Origin: Phoronis australis
Lineage: Eukaryota; Animalia; Phoronida
Direction: 5' to 3'
Assembly (NCBI GenBank): GCA_002633005.1
Contig: NMRA01000713.1
Span: 1,139 to 65,138 of the forward strand
Length of the DNA stretch: 64,000 bases
Part shown: piece after piece, positions 15,701-29,454 of the stretch
How positions within the stretch are numbered: the stretch's first letter is position 1
Layout: the number at the start of each line of letters is the position of its first letter
The notes under the pieces: generated by a model
Told to the model about the DNA's origin: nothing
Databases searched by the model: none
Seen by the model: the letters and a program-made list of their open reading frames with translations, nothing else
Program-made: the position numbers and the translations under genes

Positions 15701-18700
15701 CAGTCAACAAGAATAATGATCTCCAACCTCCCGAGCTTCGAGCAGACTGAACCGGCATTTAGAAAGTATGAGTCTAAAATAAGGGAGGACTGGAGTAGAG
15801 TTCGTGCCACTTTGGGAGGTACCAGATATGTGCTGGGGGGGGGGATATGAGAAATTGTTAAAAAATGCCATAGTGATTCATGAAAATTGTTGGATGCTCT
15901 AGCTTTAAAAAAATGAAACAAAAACAAACAAGTTGCAAGTTTAATGATGATCAGACTGATATGAGACTGTGGATCATTTTTAACTGCCTGATAAGAATTA
16001 TTGATATCGAAGGAGGGGGAGCCACAGGAAAGGCCCGTCTCTACATACTTGATCACAAAGCACGTTATTGTTAGTTATTGGATGCTTAAAGAGAATGTTT
16101 CATGGTTGAAGAAGTTTCCTTATTATACACGTAGCTTCAAAGCTCAGTTGTCACTAAAATACCCGACAAGGGGAGATGACTCTTAACAAGGAAGCTCAAA
16201 TATCAAAAATGATATGACCTGCATANGGAACTTCAAACCAAGGTTTCAGAAAACGCATTCACACATCGAGATTCCTCAAAATACCTTGCCACCATATCGC
16301 AGAAAGCCAACTCTTCTTCACTGGCACCTATTTTTTGGCGTAGAGGTTCAAACATGGCTGCTTCCTGTCAGCAAATTAAGAACAGTTTTATGAAAAGCTC
16401 ATTAGAACTGGGAACAATAGTTACTTTGAGAACCAGTTGATGCCCATCATTCAGTGGAAAAACGGGTTCTCAAAATGCAAGACTTCTGTAAGTGAATTAT
16501 TACCAAGTTGGACTGTATAACATTTCTTTGGAAATCGAACGGCATTTGGCCAGGTCCTATTTGGTAATTTGGTGTTATGCCAAGCATCGAGCCCTAAACA
16601 GCCAAGATTTTAAACTGCTTAAAATCAATTTCATTTCAAGAACAACGTAAAACAACCCCAAGAGTCAATCAAATGTCATATTAAAACACTCGCATTTACA
16701 CTATCTAACGATACGTTAATTAGCTGATATTGAGCTACGGGTATTTTTTGGTCAACATTTACTACACAATATCAGGTCAACCAATCACAGTGCTAGTTAT
16801 CCTCTATAGTGATTAATATAGTTGCCAGACGGCAAAATAAGGCAGAGCGAAGAATTGCATTTGTGGACGTTGTGACAACTTAATAAAATTATATACGGGG
16901 GGGTCTTTTCTTTTTCTAATGGGACGTCGGAGTAACACGGACAGGGCCCAAGTTTGTACAGGAAATTTTGGTAGACATGACATTCTGGGACTGGGTACGC
17001 TTTTATGTCAAACTCATGTACGCGGAGCACAGAAACTTTCAATTGAAGTCACGTTTCTTCTATTTTCTTGGTTTTTTTGGATATTGAATTCCTAATTCTG
17101 AAGTATGCAGTACTAAGGAAGGGTTTTAGAATGCAGTCACTTATCGAAACAAGCACTTTAATGGTCTAGTTCCGTGTTCAAAAAGATTTCAAATTTTCAT
17201 GACAAAACCACAAAGTATTCGTCCGTATATGTTTCGGAGTTTAAAATGTCAAGAGTCTTAAAATGGATATGTGTCAAGTTATTGTTCTGCTAGACTCAGA
17301 CCCGCCATGATGTCTTTGTGTTGAAAAGCTGACGGTGAGGACATTTCTAAATGGTTACCATAGCAACCTGTGGCACACCTTATGCAGTATTCTTATCACA
17401 TCTGCCCTGCCTGTTGTCACAGTTGCGTTTTTCAGTGTTTTGTGGGTCTTTTATGGAATGAAATCATAGGAACATAATTGTGTCTGATTTTCCATGGTTT
17501 GGGCAGTCAACAAGAATAATGATCTCCAACCTCCCGAGCTTCGAGCAGACTGAACCGGCATTTAGAAAGTATGAGTCTAAAATAAGGGAGGACTGGAGTA
17601 GAGTTCGTGCCACTTTGGGAGGTACCAGATATGTGCTGGGGGGGGGGATATGAGAAATTGTTAAAAAATGCCATAGTGATTCATGAAAATTGTTGGATGC
17701 TCTAGCTTTAAAAAAATGAAACAAAAACAAACAAGTTGCAAGTTTAATGATGATCAGACTGATATGAGACTGTGGATCATTTTTAACTGCCTGATAAGAA
17801 TTATTGATATCGAAGGAGGGGGAGCCACAGGAAAGGCCCGTCTCTACATACTTGATCACAAAGCACGTTATTGTTAGTTATTGGATGCTTAAAGAGAATG
17901 TTTCATGGTTGAAGAAGTTTCCTTATTATACACGTAGCTTCAAAGCTCAGTTGTCACTAAAATACCCGACAAGGGGAGATGACTCTTAACAAGGAAGCTC
18001 AAATATCAAAAATGATATGACCTGCATATCATCAAGCAGGAAGTTGCCAAATCTTTCAATGCAGACCAGCAATTGTATAGAAAACGAGGAACTATTTCCG
18101 AAGTGAAAGTAATCATTGTAATTCTTTATCCTAATAATGACACGCAAGCATTAACCAATTATAGGCCAACTTTTCTTAAACAAGAGGCTTTCTTGTTAAA
18201 AACACGCCCCTCAGTGTTTTATATCAAGGCGCAGGTACCCAATTACGAATATTGGCACAGGTTCAGGTATTAGCCCATGGTCCAAAGTTAACGTATTCCT
18301 GACCTTAAAGATAACAATTTGTATTTAACCAAATATCAACAAAACTATAGGCCAACTTGACAGTAAAATTATTTATTAATTTCTGAATTTGTAGAATTTG
18401 ATTTTTACTGTTAGGTCAAGTGGTCTCGTCCCTTTAGTAAAAATAAAGCAAAAAAGAAGGTAAACTTATAGCAAAACAACTGTATCAATAACACTACGAA
18501 ATTTTACTGTGGTCAAACTGTCTAAGATGAAATCTCAAAAATGCTGTAATACAGTTCTAAATCGTGATTTCTCTTTCATGTGCAACTTCTGTGATTTTTT
18601 TATGAATGCAAATCACAAACATCAACAAGCCTATTCGCTAATTACATTTGGCATTTTGAGGCGATAGTATGCTCAGAGAGATGCTAAAAACATTTCATTT

Positions 18701-20624
18701 TACAAGAACCAAATACACACGTGTTCATGCCCCCATTGACAGCACAGCTAGTACTGCAAAGAATATTTACATGAAACAAAACCGATAAAAATATTTTGTT
18801 AACAGGGAGGCCCACGAAATTACAGGTGGGAGAATGAAGAATCATTGGAAGCAAATATTGCTTGAAATAATTTCTAAATGTTATGACATTTCACCTTTTC
18901 AGACAGAGCGAAAATCAATGCAAGCGTATTGTAAAATTACTGATCCCAGGTAAGGTTGCTACTGCAAGCCCTTCGTATCTCATCGCATTCGTGTGAATAA
19001 TCGGATGCAAACACACTAACAATTCATTGCACAAGCAACTGGTCACATGGCACCAATGACTTGTGTTGCCATCTATCAGCACTTAGAAGTACTTCTACAT
19101 GGCTTTGTACTAGTACGTTCTTTAAACATTTAACTTTACAGTATAGAGCACTGTAAGGATATTTTCAAAAGTGAATTAACTTCTTCATAAACTATCAGAC
19201 AGTAATGGCTATTGGCTCTAAGCAGCCATTAGAAATTCTTACAATGCCCTAATTTCTGAGTGAAAACTTACCTCTGTGTTGAAAACCAAGGGAGGAGGGG
19301 GTCTCTTTGGCTTGGCGGTAATTGCACCCTTCCCAGTAATGCTGGCACGTCCATTTGCCACTCTCATTTTCTTCTGGTGTTCAAGCACCTGACTCAGCTC
19401 CGTTACTGAGAAAGGGTCTCGGATTTCCTCGTACGTATGTACCGATTCATAGATATCGTCCAGTTGTCTTTCTTCAGTCTCACAACTGTCTAGTTTGTAT
19501 AGAGGGTGGTCCATTTGGGCATACACAGGTACCCTTCCAGTCTTCCTATCTAGGCTTTCGTAACCGCTGGATTTTGTTTCTGGCACTTTAAACGGATCAA
19601 TACCTGCCTCTGCTGAAGTGGAAGTATCCCACAAGGCGAAGAAAGGGTCATCTTTATCACTGGCCAGGGGCAGTCCCCTGCCTGTCTCACTGTCCGTGGT
19701 GTCAGCAAAAGGGTCAAAACTTCGCAGAGTCAGACCCCGAGTGTCTGTTATCAAATCTTTTGACAAGTCTAACAAATCTCCATTCTGAGGTTTAAGCACG
19801 GGTAAAATATTAGAGACGGAAGTTGCAGTTGATTTCTCACTGTCCTTAATGCCAGGCATTCCTGTCACAGACCATGTTTTGTTGGCCGTTTGGTCAGGCT
19901 TTAGGACAGGTTGTCTTGAACTGGAAGCGGATTCCGGTGTCCAGTACGGGTTGACCTTATACTGCGGTGGTACAGGGTCCAGCAAAAATGGACGCTTTGC
20001 AGTTTGTTCATTAGATGTCTGACGATACCACGTGTGCGGAGCTGATGGATTACAAAACACAGGATCTGCAATGCCTCCCCATGGGGACACTGCGAAGCAC
20101 GTCGGATTTGGTTCAACATATGAAGATGAACCTGTAGAGCTTCTTTGTGAAGTTGAATTAAAGTTTTGGTCAAATACAGTTTTTCTGGGTATCTCATAGC
20201 TGTCATTGTACCAATCGCTGTTAGGTGACTGTAAATCTAAAGCTTTAAGACTGGTTGTTGAGCTCGCACTTCCATTTGAATTGTACAACACATCCAAGTC
20301 CATGTTGAAGAACTCTTTAGCAACTTTAGATCTGTTCTCAGGCGACAGAAGTATGAGAGAGCTTTCAGCATCCTGTTTATCTGGAAGCTTTTCATTATTC
20401 CCTAGCTGGGCTTTATCATTTTTCTGATTAGCTGAAACCAAAGTTGTCGTCCGTCGAGGGGTCGGAACTGGAGCTTGAATAGTAGAGACCTTGGGTATCG
20501 TGCGAGGAGCTGGTTTGGGCCGAGGTCTGACAAACGACTGTTCCAGTCTCCTCTCATCAAGCAGATCATCCGTTGAATGAGGTCGTCTCAAATTATACTC
20601 GGCAGGATCAAGGTTGAACGCCAT
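768..20624 (-). CDS. PIK3C2A: Class II phosphatidylinositol 3-kinase (PI3K-C2alpha-like), 5' part: disordered N-terminus, Ras-binding domain, helical bundle, C2 and start of helical domain; continues beyond the left edge
   Basis: 16 GT-AG coding exons in continuous phase, in transcription order: 20624-19272, 14531-14452 (second copy 16364-16285), 13824-13673, 13259-13136, 12143-12032, 9491-9360, 8762-8631, 7472-7411, 6223-6081, 5529-5439, 5023-4901, 4474-4313, 3912-3810, 3437-3376, 1926-1846, 956-768 (about 1033 codons). Peptides match recalled human PIK3C2A: GFLISPV..MSVKVSV..PVVFTCD, SVKAICAILGNVET, YEKYCIICALYHGG, LPRECRLVFSL..GWAAMQVFDY, FLWEKRHY..ALELL. Confidence 0.95.
1130..1430 (+). 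repeat. Interspersed repeat with iterated aattcccctc motifs (related copy about 45000-45200)
   Basis: attccc.ctcagaaaa..aaattcccctc..gaaggca..cacctttccc shared. Confidence 0.5.
4511..4667. repeat. Two-copy 81-bp tandem repeat in a PIK3C2A intron
   Basis: tcatcacagcaacag..gtaagtt at 4511 and 4592. Confidence 0.85.
5178..5357. repeat. Imperfect inverted repeat in a PIK3C2A intron
   Basis: tacaccaacct..gtcatttctccggccatcttcaggt versus acctgaagatggctggagaagtgac..aggttggtgta. Confidence 0.7.
10572..10651. repeat. 23-bp minisatellite (agagacacttgttatagctctaW), about 3.4 copies
   Basis: Units start at 10575, 10598, 10621, 10644. Confidence 0.9.
14394..18028. repeat. About 1.8-kb tandem duplication (14394-16225 / 16227-18028) split by a single N; probable uncollapsed haplotypes
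   Basis: Near-identical copies with SNPs and small indels; N at 16226 exactly at the junction. Confidence 0.9.
16285..16364 (-). CDS. PIK3C2A: Second copy of the 80-nt PIK3C2A exon (EAAMFEPLRQKIGASEEELAFCDMVAR) inside the duplicated segment
   Basis: Matches 14452-14531 apart from a synonymous ATT/ATA change; splice sites intact. Confidence 0.75.
19272..20624 (-). CDS. PIK3C2A: Large first coding exon of the PI3K-C2alpha-like gene (451 codons, Pro/Ser-rich disordered N-terminus)
   Basis: Corresponds to ORF 19239-20642. Acceptor tttttcag precedes 20654, ATG GCG at 20624, donor GAG|gtaagt after 19272; phase 0 joins the next exon EAAMFEP..EEELAFCDMVAR. Confidence 0.88.
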
Positions 20625-20702
20625 TCTGGAAGTACCCGTCACATCACTGGAGTGCTGAAAAATATGACAATTTCATCATCAATGTATCTGGGCATTTCTC
20701 TT

Positions 20703-21150
20703 GTGGTCAAAGGTCAACTCCTGGATATCATGGAGCCATATGTCCATCACAAAAGTGTTAAAAAGTTTAGTTACATTTAAGTTTTTAATCAAAATTAAAA
20801 TAATTTCAGATTCTCTTTTAACTCGTTACTCAACACTATTGACAAAAATTTTGGAACCCAGGGATTATTCGTTTAGTCAGAAATAGCGTGACCGACGTAC
20901 AGCAAATTTGTACGTCCGTCACGTACATCCGTCACACCCATGAAATTGCAATTTTTCAGCCAACAAAAATAACCTTAGGACATATTTTTACTGTCTAAAC
21001 TTGCATAAGATAAAATGTATCTCACAACTAAGAACCTTAATACGATAAAATATTACAAAGGCAGTTACAGATTTTAACTAAATGCATTGAATTTTTTAAA
21101 TTTCAAAAGTAGTTGCAGAAAAGTAAGTTTACAATGTCATCTAGTTATTC
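20703..21150 (+). repeat. Dispersed repeat, copy 1 (partner 57881-58306)
   Basis: ggtcaaaggtcaactc..ggatatcat..gtcacacccatgaaatt..gtcatctagttattc shared in the same orientation. Confidence 0.8.
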
Positions 21151-21419
21151 TAAGTAGAATTCAACTTATTAAAATCAAATAGTTGGACCACATTATAAAA
21201 ATATGTAAATAAAACAAAATGTTAATTTAATGAACTTATTGTTGTTCTGTAGGTACCAAGTGTTAGTAAAGAAATGCTTAGCTTTTGGGAAATTCAAGAT
21301 GCAAGAATATTCCTACAAAACAAATCCTAAGGTGCTCTAGAGTACACACAAATAACAAGAGACCTAAAGAAATACATGTCAAGTTGCTATTGCACTGAAA
21401 TCAACATGTTTTTTTTTCT

Positions 21420-21970
21420 GCTCTGACCTGCTTTGCTGTGTTTTGTGTTGAAAAAGCTGATGCCCGGAATTTTCAAGTGGTAGGAATCTGTCACCTACTT
21501 TATTGCGCATTTTTGTCACACCCCCACTCAGGCTGTAGGAAATCTTTTTGTGTTTTTCAGTGTATTGGGTAATTGGGTGGCTTGTATGAAATTATTTCAT
21601 AGCAAATGATTACATTGTCTCATCTTACATATTTTTGACCCTTCAATCTTTTTAAGAATTGGACTAATATTTTTTTTTCTGCTGAGCTTTGAGGAAATTA
21701 AACCCGCATTTAGAAAGGATAAAGGAAATTGTTGGAGACCACAGGAAGAACAGACGCAACCGCGAGAAGAATTAATATCTGCTGGAATATTCTCTGAAAC
21801 TCGAAAAAAATGCCATCGTGGATCAAGAAATTCATAATTGTACTTGCGCGTACTGTGATGTGGCATTATTTAAAGTCTTTCTTTAAATTTGAAAAGAAGG
21901 TCTGAATTAAAGAGCTGTATGAAAACCTCATCATTTTAATCACTAAATAGAAACCAGCATCTGACCAGCA
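21420..21970 (+). repeat. Diverged interspersed repeat related to about 15490-16050 and 17290-17850
   Basis: Shared blocks tttgtgttgaaaagctga, gtttttcagtgt, gcatttagaaag, aaaaaatgccat.gtg. Confidence 0.55.
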
Positions 21971-24900
21971 TCTACATATTCCAAAACCATAATCCTAAAT
22001 GCAATTAATTTAAAATACCTTGTTCTCACACTGGAAGACAGCACGGGTAATTTGAACCAAAATATGAATGCCAAAGTCGATGTCAACTAAACCATATGCT
22101 TCACACTTTGTTTTAAGAAGATACTGAAGTCCTCGTATATCAAAAGAACTAAGCTAATAGTGAACTAGTAAAAGTATATATCTTCTGAAAAAAACAAAGA
22201 ACAGGAAATATAAATAGACTTTTTGTATAATGTTTCATTATTATTTTTACTTAAAAACCTTTTCTAAGTCAAATTTTCATTTTTAAGAAAGGTACAATCA
22301 TAGCACAATAATCCCTCGGTCGATTTCAATGAAACCTTTTATAAATGAATACTTCACTAGTTACCTCAAAAACTCTGTTAGGAAATTTCGATTAGTCTGT
22401 TCGTTTGGTTTCTATAACAAATCAACTTGCGAAACGTAAGGTATTTTTGTGAAAAATTGAAGTCGTATTCGTCTTTGTCACATTACGCAAAAACTAGGCT
22501 TGTACATCAAAAATCCTAACAGCGTTTTTGAGACTGATGACTACATATTAAGTTTGGAAAGTTTCAGCAAAATCCATCAAGCCTTTTTTGAGAACTAGTG
22601 TCCCAAAGTTCAAATAAAGTTGATTTGCCAAAGGCGAGAAAAAGTCGATTAAACTGGGACAAGTGAAAATCTCAAAGTCTTCGGTTAATTATTCTGTGAA
22701 AACTTGTTTTCGGTACGCATAACCTATACAATCCTTAACTATGTTAGCTATTTCAACGTTCACTCGCAATGTCAACTGATTTTGCAGTGCGTAACTAACT
22801 TAATTATCATTGATTAAAACCTCAAACAGACATACCTTTCCCAGCCAACTTTTACAAAATAAGTCCTAAGAATTACACTGTCTGTAACTCATACATCAAG
22901 TAAACTGTTATCTTATCATCTGAATCTGAACCTTAGAAAATATATTTGAAGATGATTAGTTTATGATAACAGAATATAAAGGAAATGTTGGCCAGCCTTA
23001 ACTTGTGATATGACAGAAAGTATCCCGTTGGGACATAAAACTGTCACTATCAATAAAGGACAAACCATTAATACCGTGTTTCACAATGAGCTGTTGTTGC
23101 TACCCTTTTACTGCCAAGATTTTTACAATTGCATTTCCAAGAGCCAAAAAATTTGAGGATACGAAGACCATAGGATGCAAAAGTTAAACACTCTACAATT
23201 GTTATTTGTAAGTGGATTGTTATGAAGTTTTCAGGGTAAGATGGACACACGTATCACGATATTCTAAAATCATGACATCATACGCTGAAGCTCCAAGTTG
23301 AGTATTCAAGATTCTAGGAGAGAGAACAATACCAGCGGTTAATGAAGGATTTCGGTTGAAGTGCATACTCCACCTGCCCAGGTACGCGCCTTGTTTCACA
23401 CCAGAGGTTTCAAAATTAAATCCTGAATCAGAATCGTTTTGAATTTATGCTCCAGTTAAACCTTGACATTGACCAACCAGAAGCCATTGAATCCATTGCA
23501 ATTCCGTAGATTAAGCAGTCCACAGAAATTCTAAAAAAACTAAGAAAAAGACTTTTGTTCATAATTTGGAAAAATGCCTTCCTCTCATCTGATGTTGTTA
23601 AACTGTAGTTTTTGCCAATGAAATTTAGGATTAATTAGGTCGAGGACAGGTGAATACACAAGTAGCTGACTGTCCCATATGGCAATAAATGGGGTTACTC
23701 GCCAAAAGTCACGCCTTGCCGTGAAAGATTTAAAGCCACATGAAGTACCAGAGGCCCCTTTTGGTTCCTCGACATTTGTGATGTTCTCAATACATGATAT
23801 AGGCCATCAACGGAATGGAGTTCGACGACTGCTTCAACACGATTCGCTGATTCTTACTTGATTAATAGTGGCCATAAACCTATCTAAAGCCCTGACAAAA
23901 ATCATTTTTGTACTATAAAATTGGTTTCAACTAGTTCAGTAATAGATTTTTGGGCTACGAAAGAAGTGACACTATGGTATGAGATACCAGGCTAACCTAA
24001 CAAGCTTGATTTCAAGGAATAGACATGGTTGGTTTTAGTAAAAACTTGTTCCTATACCAATCAGAAACAAGTAAGACTGAACTAAAGTGGGTGGATACCT
24101 AAATCTGGTTCGTTTTTACTGAAGGGGGTTTAGTCACATTCAAGTTTAAAGATAATAATTTCGACTTATCCTGCTTAGTGATGCGCGGAATTTAAGTTTT
24201 GGCGTTAAATAGGTCACAAGCACCTATGAGGGGACATGCCTGGCAGTGGTCATTCAGACATCGATGTAAAATATCATACAACTCACATGTTTGTTACAAT
24301 GACTGATGTAATGAAAATGCCAAACACTATTATAGGAATGAAAAATGAAGTACCTAAATTTTGTGATTGAAAAAGACAGAGAGCAGCAAGTTCATTTGTT
24401 TTACAACCCCCCCTCCCGCAGGCAAATATTATCCGGAAAGACCTGCTCTTTTTATGTAAGGTTCGAGTCAGTGTAAACATGCAGTGATCGCATCATTTGG
24501 ATTATGTTTGTTTAGCTAAAACCATAACATTTTAATGAATTCAAACATACAAAAACTAAAGCTGAGACTGCTCACAATCATACAGTGATTTTCATGAATA
24601 TACAAAACATGCATTTTTCTGCAGTTGTCATTTACACGGATCCCACATTTTGAAAACCATTTTTTCTAATGAATTAAGCAGGCATCAAACCGGTTTTCTA
24701 AATCTGGACCCCTGTAACTGACTAAATGACCCATTTTTCCAACCTCTCCTTCTTAACTGTACAGAAATATCGATAGTAATTAGTCGGAATTGAGATCTCT
24801 CATCAATTTTGCACCTGCAGCTGAGGAGAGGAACTGACAGAAAGAGAGTTCAAGCGTGTTACTATAAATGTGACGTATTTAAAATGTCACATGACACATA

Positions 24901-27539
24901 TTGTCAGTGTCAGCTGACCAGAAGTTACAAGTAAAACTTATCGATTCAGACACGTCAGCAAACTGAATATCTCAAAACTTTTTAATACAACTGACATGGC
25001 ATGATCGCTGTCTTTTGATGAATTCAGGAAATAACATCAAATTAAGCCAAAAATAAAAAAAATGAAAATGAAACTATTGACAGCTGTTTTGCAGGTCTAT
25101 AGTACATCCATTATATATCATTCCTCTGGACTGTTAAAACCAAGAAATTTCCAACATCACCATCTGATCTTAGTATCACTTTCTATTAGTAAACTAAACA
25201 AACAAGCCTATTGTGTTGGTGCACAATGCTGGGATAGCAAGCAGGTCAGAGCTTACAGTCACACAAAGGAATCAGCAGGTAAAAGTTAAGTCTAATTTCT
25301 CTGAAAGTTAACCGTTTTTCTCCGTTCGAAGTTTTTTGGTGACAATATTTCATACAAAACACATCTTCTTCATGACATTTTGTTGAACGTCATCAGGAAA
25401 TAGTATTTTTAAATATCGGTTAGCGACTCAGAGATCACTGTATAAAATATCACATAAATGCAGACAATGAGAGAGCTGCACTACGTAAACAGTGGTTTGC
25501 CAACTTTCTCCACTAGCTATTGCTGTCAAACTGATAAGGACACTAGTGCACCCTGACTAATAGTTAATCAGTGACATAGTGATTATCATCCCAAAGCACA
25601 GGTGCGTAACAAAACTGAACATCTTTTTTAATATTCATTGAAGTACAAGTAAACAAAATGAAGTTCTCCACAAAATTAGATACAGTCAAAAATAATTCTA
25701 AATGCACAACTGAATACAGTACGATCTCTGGACACAATATCATAATCTGGTCCTATAGATTTAAAAATATAAGACGTGTCTTCTGAGTAGAAGAAAAACA
25801 GGCACCAAATTCACTGTTTGTAAGAGTTAACTTCCAAGCTGAAACTTACTAAAACCAAATTTAAGTCTGACATGTCCATGCTTACACTGGTAACCACTCA
25901 GATTCCCTCAGCCCCAGACAACTTTTATGATGCCTATTCAGCACGCCCTTTGTATTGATGTAGATCTGAGCTAATGAAGTAAAAGTAATACCTAGCATTA
26001 CTGTCTCAACAATGATGGTTGTTATAAAACCCAAATTGGTTTTCTCTTGTATTTGCACAGAGTTACAGCCTACAGCTGAGAAGAGTAGTTCTAACTTAGT
26101 TGGTACATTTTAAATATTACAAAATTAATAAAAAAGTTAATTTGTGTTTATCTTGACAAAGGGCCACTTCCCAAAGGAACGATGGTTTCAAATGTGTTTC
26201 ATATCAGCTTTCGTTATTTCAATACTCCTGTCAACTTTTTTTAGCACGAAAAGGTTGATATCTTTTTATTTTATTTTTCAACTTGAAGTACCAAACAGTG
26301 GTAGATTTTGATGGCCAGCGAAACATAAGTTAATTGTGAACTCATCCCCGAACTTTCCAGTTTACAGCTACACTAAACATTTCACGGCAAACAAAACTTC
26401 ACGTGTCATTAGTATTAAAACTCAAATAATAAAATATATACGAAAGTGCAAATATGGTGATAGTCAAACTAAAGAATTGGAATTTCTGGACAACTTCAGT
26501 TGCACAGACTTCATAACTATTCTAACTTTTTGTCAGTCATAAACAAAGAAGGGTGGGCATAAGTTAAGTACAACTGTTCCTTAGTAAAAAATCTGGTTAA
26601 ACAAGACTGAAATATTAAAAGAATAATCCATGTGATATTGTTAACTCTGATGAGCGCCAGGTTGTAAGTCCGCCGAGAATATTAACACGCACGGTCGTTT
26701 ATCTTGAATAGGACGTTTGTAGTTTTAAGCTTATTAGTTCATGGATTTTAAAAAATCGAAAACCATACTTGGTGGTTTTTCCAGCTGAATACTGCTGTGG
26801 TGATCATTTTTAATGAAAATTATTGGTAAATGCATTTTGAAATTTCGCCAGTATGTACAGGCAGAGATGTTTACTACAGTTTATGGTCAGGCAATTACAC
26901 TTAAGTGGGTCTTGCTCGCACCAAACAATTCGGTCATCACAACCGTATCGGACTCCAGCGCCGCGCTCTCTTTGATCCTGGTACAAGCTGCTCAGAAGGA
27001 CAAGCGGTGAAAATTCCCGCTTATCTTTAGAAATGCGTGACTTCCTTGTAAGCGCATTTTTCATGGTATGATGACGCTCCAGTCATTGAGTAACTTTAAA
27101 ATGAGGTGTTTTGTTTGAATACAAACTCGGAAGAATACGTGAATCATTAATTAATTATTGTCCGATGAATAAGATTGCCAATAATTGAACAAAAACCAAT
27201 AAATGTTGGCTAAAATTTACATTGTTATATCGTGATTTGCTTTAGTTTGGAGCAAATTTTTTTCAAAGTGAGCATGATTATTTAAGTGAACTTGCCAAAT
27301 GCTAATATATATTCCAAGGTCACGCATATGCGAACTCGAGATTAAACAAAATTCCAAGATGAAGTCCCACAGCACAGCACCATGGCAAGCACATAGGCTA
27401 GCATGGGGGTGGTAGTCGGTAAACCAACAGGGTTGGAAGTCCACATATTGAAAGTCAAAAATTTAGTCATAAATATCACTCTAGAATTGCACGTCAAATA
27501 TTTAGATAGTGCGTCTTGACTGGCCACTCAAAGGAAGTG

Positions 27540-27730
27540 TTTCGGTGAATTATGCCTCAGCTCACAAACTGATTAAAACATCAAAGTCACGTCGCTATAA
27601 ATAAGTTTTGCGCACGTAGAGACACCTTAGGAGGCCATCGCATGTCTTTAACTCGTTTGAACTCCATTAAATAATCCCATATTCAAACTTTCTTTTGGAG
27701 CATGTTCTGCGTTCAGTTGCACAAATCGCC
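27540..27730 (+). mobile_element. Older, diverged fragment of the same TIR family
   Basis: ttcggtgaattatgcctc..catcaaagtcacgtcgctataaataagttttgcgca..ttcagttgcacaaatcg aligns with about 28580-28777. Confidence 0.65.
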
Positions 27731-28501
27731 AAATGGCCATTTTTAACACTACGGCGCCAGGAGACATGACGTCATATCTATAGAACTAAAACACTTGACA
27801 ACTATGTCTCCCATTTTCTGTTTTGTTCCAAATTCATAAATTTGAGAGAAAAAGTTTCGATGGCCCTTCAGCTACATGTTTGAGCTGAGTATTTGGCTAA
27901 AGCCATAGCACTTGGGTAGGATGGGGGGGTGGGATTTTTTCAAGTCCACTGAAGTCCAACAATAACACCCTACGCAAAACATACATTTAACACAAAAACA
28001 TCATTGCGTTTAGAACAGAAACACAGCAATTAAATACTATTAAAGAAATCCAAATACACAAACCTAGATCTAAATGCAGTTCTAAATAAAGATGACACTT
28101 GCGAGATCGACGAAGTAAACATTTCACGGGGATGACATCTTTACAGTGCATTGTGGGAGTTCATTTTTATACCAGTCCCGTTATTGGTTACTTTTTCATA
28201 ATTTTGACAAATGAAAATCTTTGTTACTGACTTGTTTCGCCGAACGACACGTTGTCTTCCTGTGTAAAATAAAACTAGCAGATGTTTTGTTGTCAGAAAA
28301 CTTCCTAACCACGTCTATACCTAATCAAAGTTTGAGAAAAGTCCGACACTTGAACAGGTAGGAAGGGAAAAGGTTTGATTACGCTTCGGAACTTCGATGT
28401 GAAACTTAGTGCAGCCTACATTGTCATAGTTGTCGGCAGGGTCGGTGCCGAACTCCGAAGCCAGTTTAGCGTCGTTTATTATGTTATGTCACGGCAGAAC
28501 A

Positions 28502-29454
28502 TAGGCAATGACCATCGCCTCTGTTGGCCCGAACCAGAGGCGATGCAGCTCCCAGAGGCGCTCCATACGCCAGAAGCTTTTCGGCAAATTATGCCTCGCA
28601 CCGACTAAACCATCAAAGTCACGTTGTTATAAATAACTTTTGCGCATAGAGGAACACCTTGGTTAGGCTTGGTTGGCTTAGGAAGTTGTCGATGTGTTTA
28701 ATTCCTTCCAACTCGAACAAATACTCCCGTTATCAAACTTTTTCTTCGAGCAGTCCCTATTTCAGTTCCAAAATCGTGAACTCACTATTTTCATACTGCG
28801 CACGCTTCCAATTTTTACCACGCTCGCTAGGTGATGTGACTTCATGACCTCAATCTTTAAATAGGCCAAAGGTGAGCCATTGCGGTCTTGTCAGTCAAAT
28901 GTTCGTTTCCAAAATGCCACCACTTCTACTTGTCTTTAATAGGCGTTACTTGAAACTGATTGTATTTCAATGAATTATTGTTTGTATTTGATAAAAGTAA
29001 ATGCTGTTGATATGACATTTAATAGTCTTTGTGCACATATTTGACATTTTAATGTTTAACAACACAGCAAATGCACGGCTGGTTCCCGGCAGCACATACG
29101 CAGAGGGCGGGAACTTCAGCTTTCGAAGTACGCCGGTAGGACCGCAACTTCTGACCTTCGGCCTGGTTAAAAGAATCTCTTGGCGTGCGCCGAGTGAAAA
29201 TGTTGAGTTCACGATTTTGGGAACTGAAATAGGGACTGCTCGAAGAAAAAGCTTGATAACGGGAGTATTTGTTCGAGTTGGAAGAAATTAAACACATCGA
29301 CAAGCTCCTAAGGTGTTCCTCTATGCGCAAAAGGTATTTATGATGGTTTAGTCGGTGCGAGGCATAATTCGCCGAAAAGCTTCCGGCGTATGGAGCGCCT
29401 ATAGGAGCTGCATCACCTCTGGTTTGGGCCAACAGAGGCGATGGTCATTTCCTA
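28502..29454. mobile_element. Non-autonomous DNA transposon with about 250-280 bp TIRs and a 9-bp TSD (Mutator/Foldback-like)
   Basis: 28502-28784 is the imperfect reverse complement of 29203-29454 (termini TAGG...CCTA). Direct repeat GGCAGAACA flanks it at 28493-28501 and 29455-29463. Confidence 0.85.

Noticed and set aside
15661-17859. Repeated 131-aa ORFs suggesting a duplicated gene
   Set aside because: They arise from the 1.8-kb duplication over an interspersed repeat; no protein-family signal.
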